A stretch of DNA of 43,722 nt, from positions 1 through 43,722 of IMG/VR virus record IMGVR_UViG_3300045988_028128. The stretch is one strand, 5' to 3'. Position 1 is the first letter of the stretch; every line of letters starts with the position of its first letter. The notes beneath the pieces are model-generated. The model saw only the letters and a list, made by a program, of their open reading frames with translations, was not told the DNA's origin and searched no databases. Source of the stretch: a virus. Made by a program: the position numbers and the translations under genes. Positions 43,234 to 43,722 of the stretch are shown here, piece after piece.

Positions 43234-43722
43234 TTATTTCGCCGCCTTTTGTCCCGGTTTTGGTTTGAACATCTGTTTGACCCTCTCAAATGCGTTGTAA
43301 TACTCCAAAACTGTATATTGTTTCGGGTTGGGTACGTGCAAATGTTGGGAAAGGGTCAAACACATATTTTCAAACTGTTTGTCGTACTGTATTTCCATGC
43401 TTTCCGACCCGTTGAACGGTTGCGGCTTGTTGTATGTCAACAACTCGGTCGTTATCCGTTCGATTTGCTCCCGGCGGTCGTCTGTATCCCCGTCAATAAT
43501 GGCATCCAAAATTAACATCGTGCGTCGTTTCAATTCGTCGAAATACTCCTTTACGCTTGCATCGTCAAACAGCCGGGGGAAATACAATTGCAATTCCTCA
43601 TCTATTTTTTTTTTGACCGCTTCCAATTGGGCGGTCAATTCGTTTTGCGGAACCTCGGCGAACAAATCCAATATCTTTTGCAATCCGTCCGTTGATAGGT
43701 CGTTTTTCGGTTCCCCGTCCAC
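43234..43722 (-). CDS. 3' portion of the wrap-around gene (same gene as 1..404; possible tail assembly chaperone)
   Basis: The ORF runs off the window end. 43604..43722 duplicates 1..119, and the frame continues to ATG 404. It ends 110 nt upstream of the tape-measure start. Confidence 0.55.
   Translation of the reverse strand: MDGEPKNDLSTDGLQKILDLFAEVPQNELTAQLEAVKKKIDEELQLYFPRLFDDASVKEYFDELKRRTMLILDAIIDGDTDDRREQIERITTELLTYNKPQPFNGSESMEIQYDKQFENMCLTLSQHLHVPNPKQYTVLEYYNAFERVKQMFKPKPGQKAAK
43604..43722. repeat. terminal direct repeat, copy 2 (exact duplicate of 1..119)
   Basis: See copy 1. Confidence 0.95.

Noticed and set aside
1-43722. Search for tRNA genes, CRISPR arrays, integrase/attP, toxin-antitoxin pairs and alternative genetic code
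   Set aside because: No cloverleaf-like sequences occur in the few non-coding gaps. There is no regularly spaced repeat-spacer array and no tyrosine or serine recombinase motifs. ORFs are intact under the standard code with TAA, TAG and TGA all used as stops.

Overview
The window is a complete, circularly closed tailed-phage genome. Bases 1..119 are repeated exactly at 43604..43722, so the unique length is 43,603 bp. The window is opened inside a gene that wraps around the junction. All supportable genes (about 65) lie on the minus strand, with short gaps or overlapping start/stop codons. The order below follows transcription, so coordinates descend.

(1) Early / DNA-metabolism half, about 31.1 kb down to 11.5 kb. 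It is cut into operons by four copies of a Bacteroidota-type promoter (TTTG-N19-TAnnTTTG). Each promoter is followed by a short GC-hairpin leader. This half encodes:
- several small unknown ORFs;
- two radical SAM enzymes, one split by a 1-nt shift in an A7 run inside an AT-rich island;
- an XRE-type HTH protein;
- a PD-(D/E)XK nuclease;
- a phiC31-gp3-like protein;
- winged-helix initiator-like proteins, one carrying palindromic iterons plus an AT-rich tract (putative ori);
- a RuvC-like resolvase;
- an SMC/SbcC-like ATPase;
- a TIGR02757/DUF2400 fusion protein;
- a DnaQ-like exonuclease;
- an HNH/NinG-like nuclease;
- SSB;
- an ASCH protein;
- a lipoprotein.

(2) Late half, 11.2 kb down through the wrap point to 31.3 kb. 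It encodes terS, terL, portal, scaffold-like protein, major capsid and structural unknowns. These are followed by a 1161-aa tape measure and three large tail proteins. One tail protein is an 882-aa receptor-binding protein with three tandem ~105-aa modules and a C-terminal SGNH-esterase-like domain. Holin, Amidase_3 endolysin and a membrane-anchored coiled-coil protein complete the half.

Two HNH homing-endonuclease paralogues sit in the late region. No integrase, tRNA, CRISPR array, DNA polymerase, helicase or primase was seen. A Bacteroidota host is inferred from the promoter architecture and the lack of Shine-Dalgarno sequences. Most functional calls rest on motifs read by eye plus gene order, and need HMM or structure searches to confirm.
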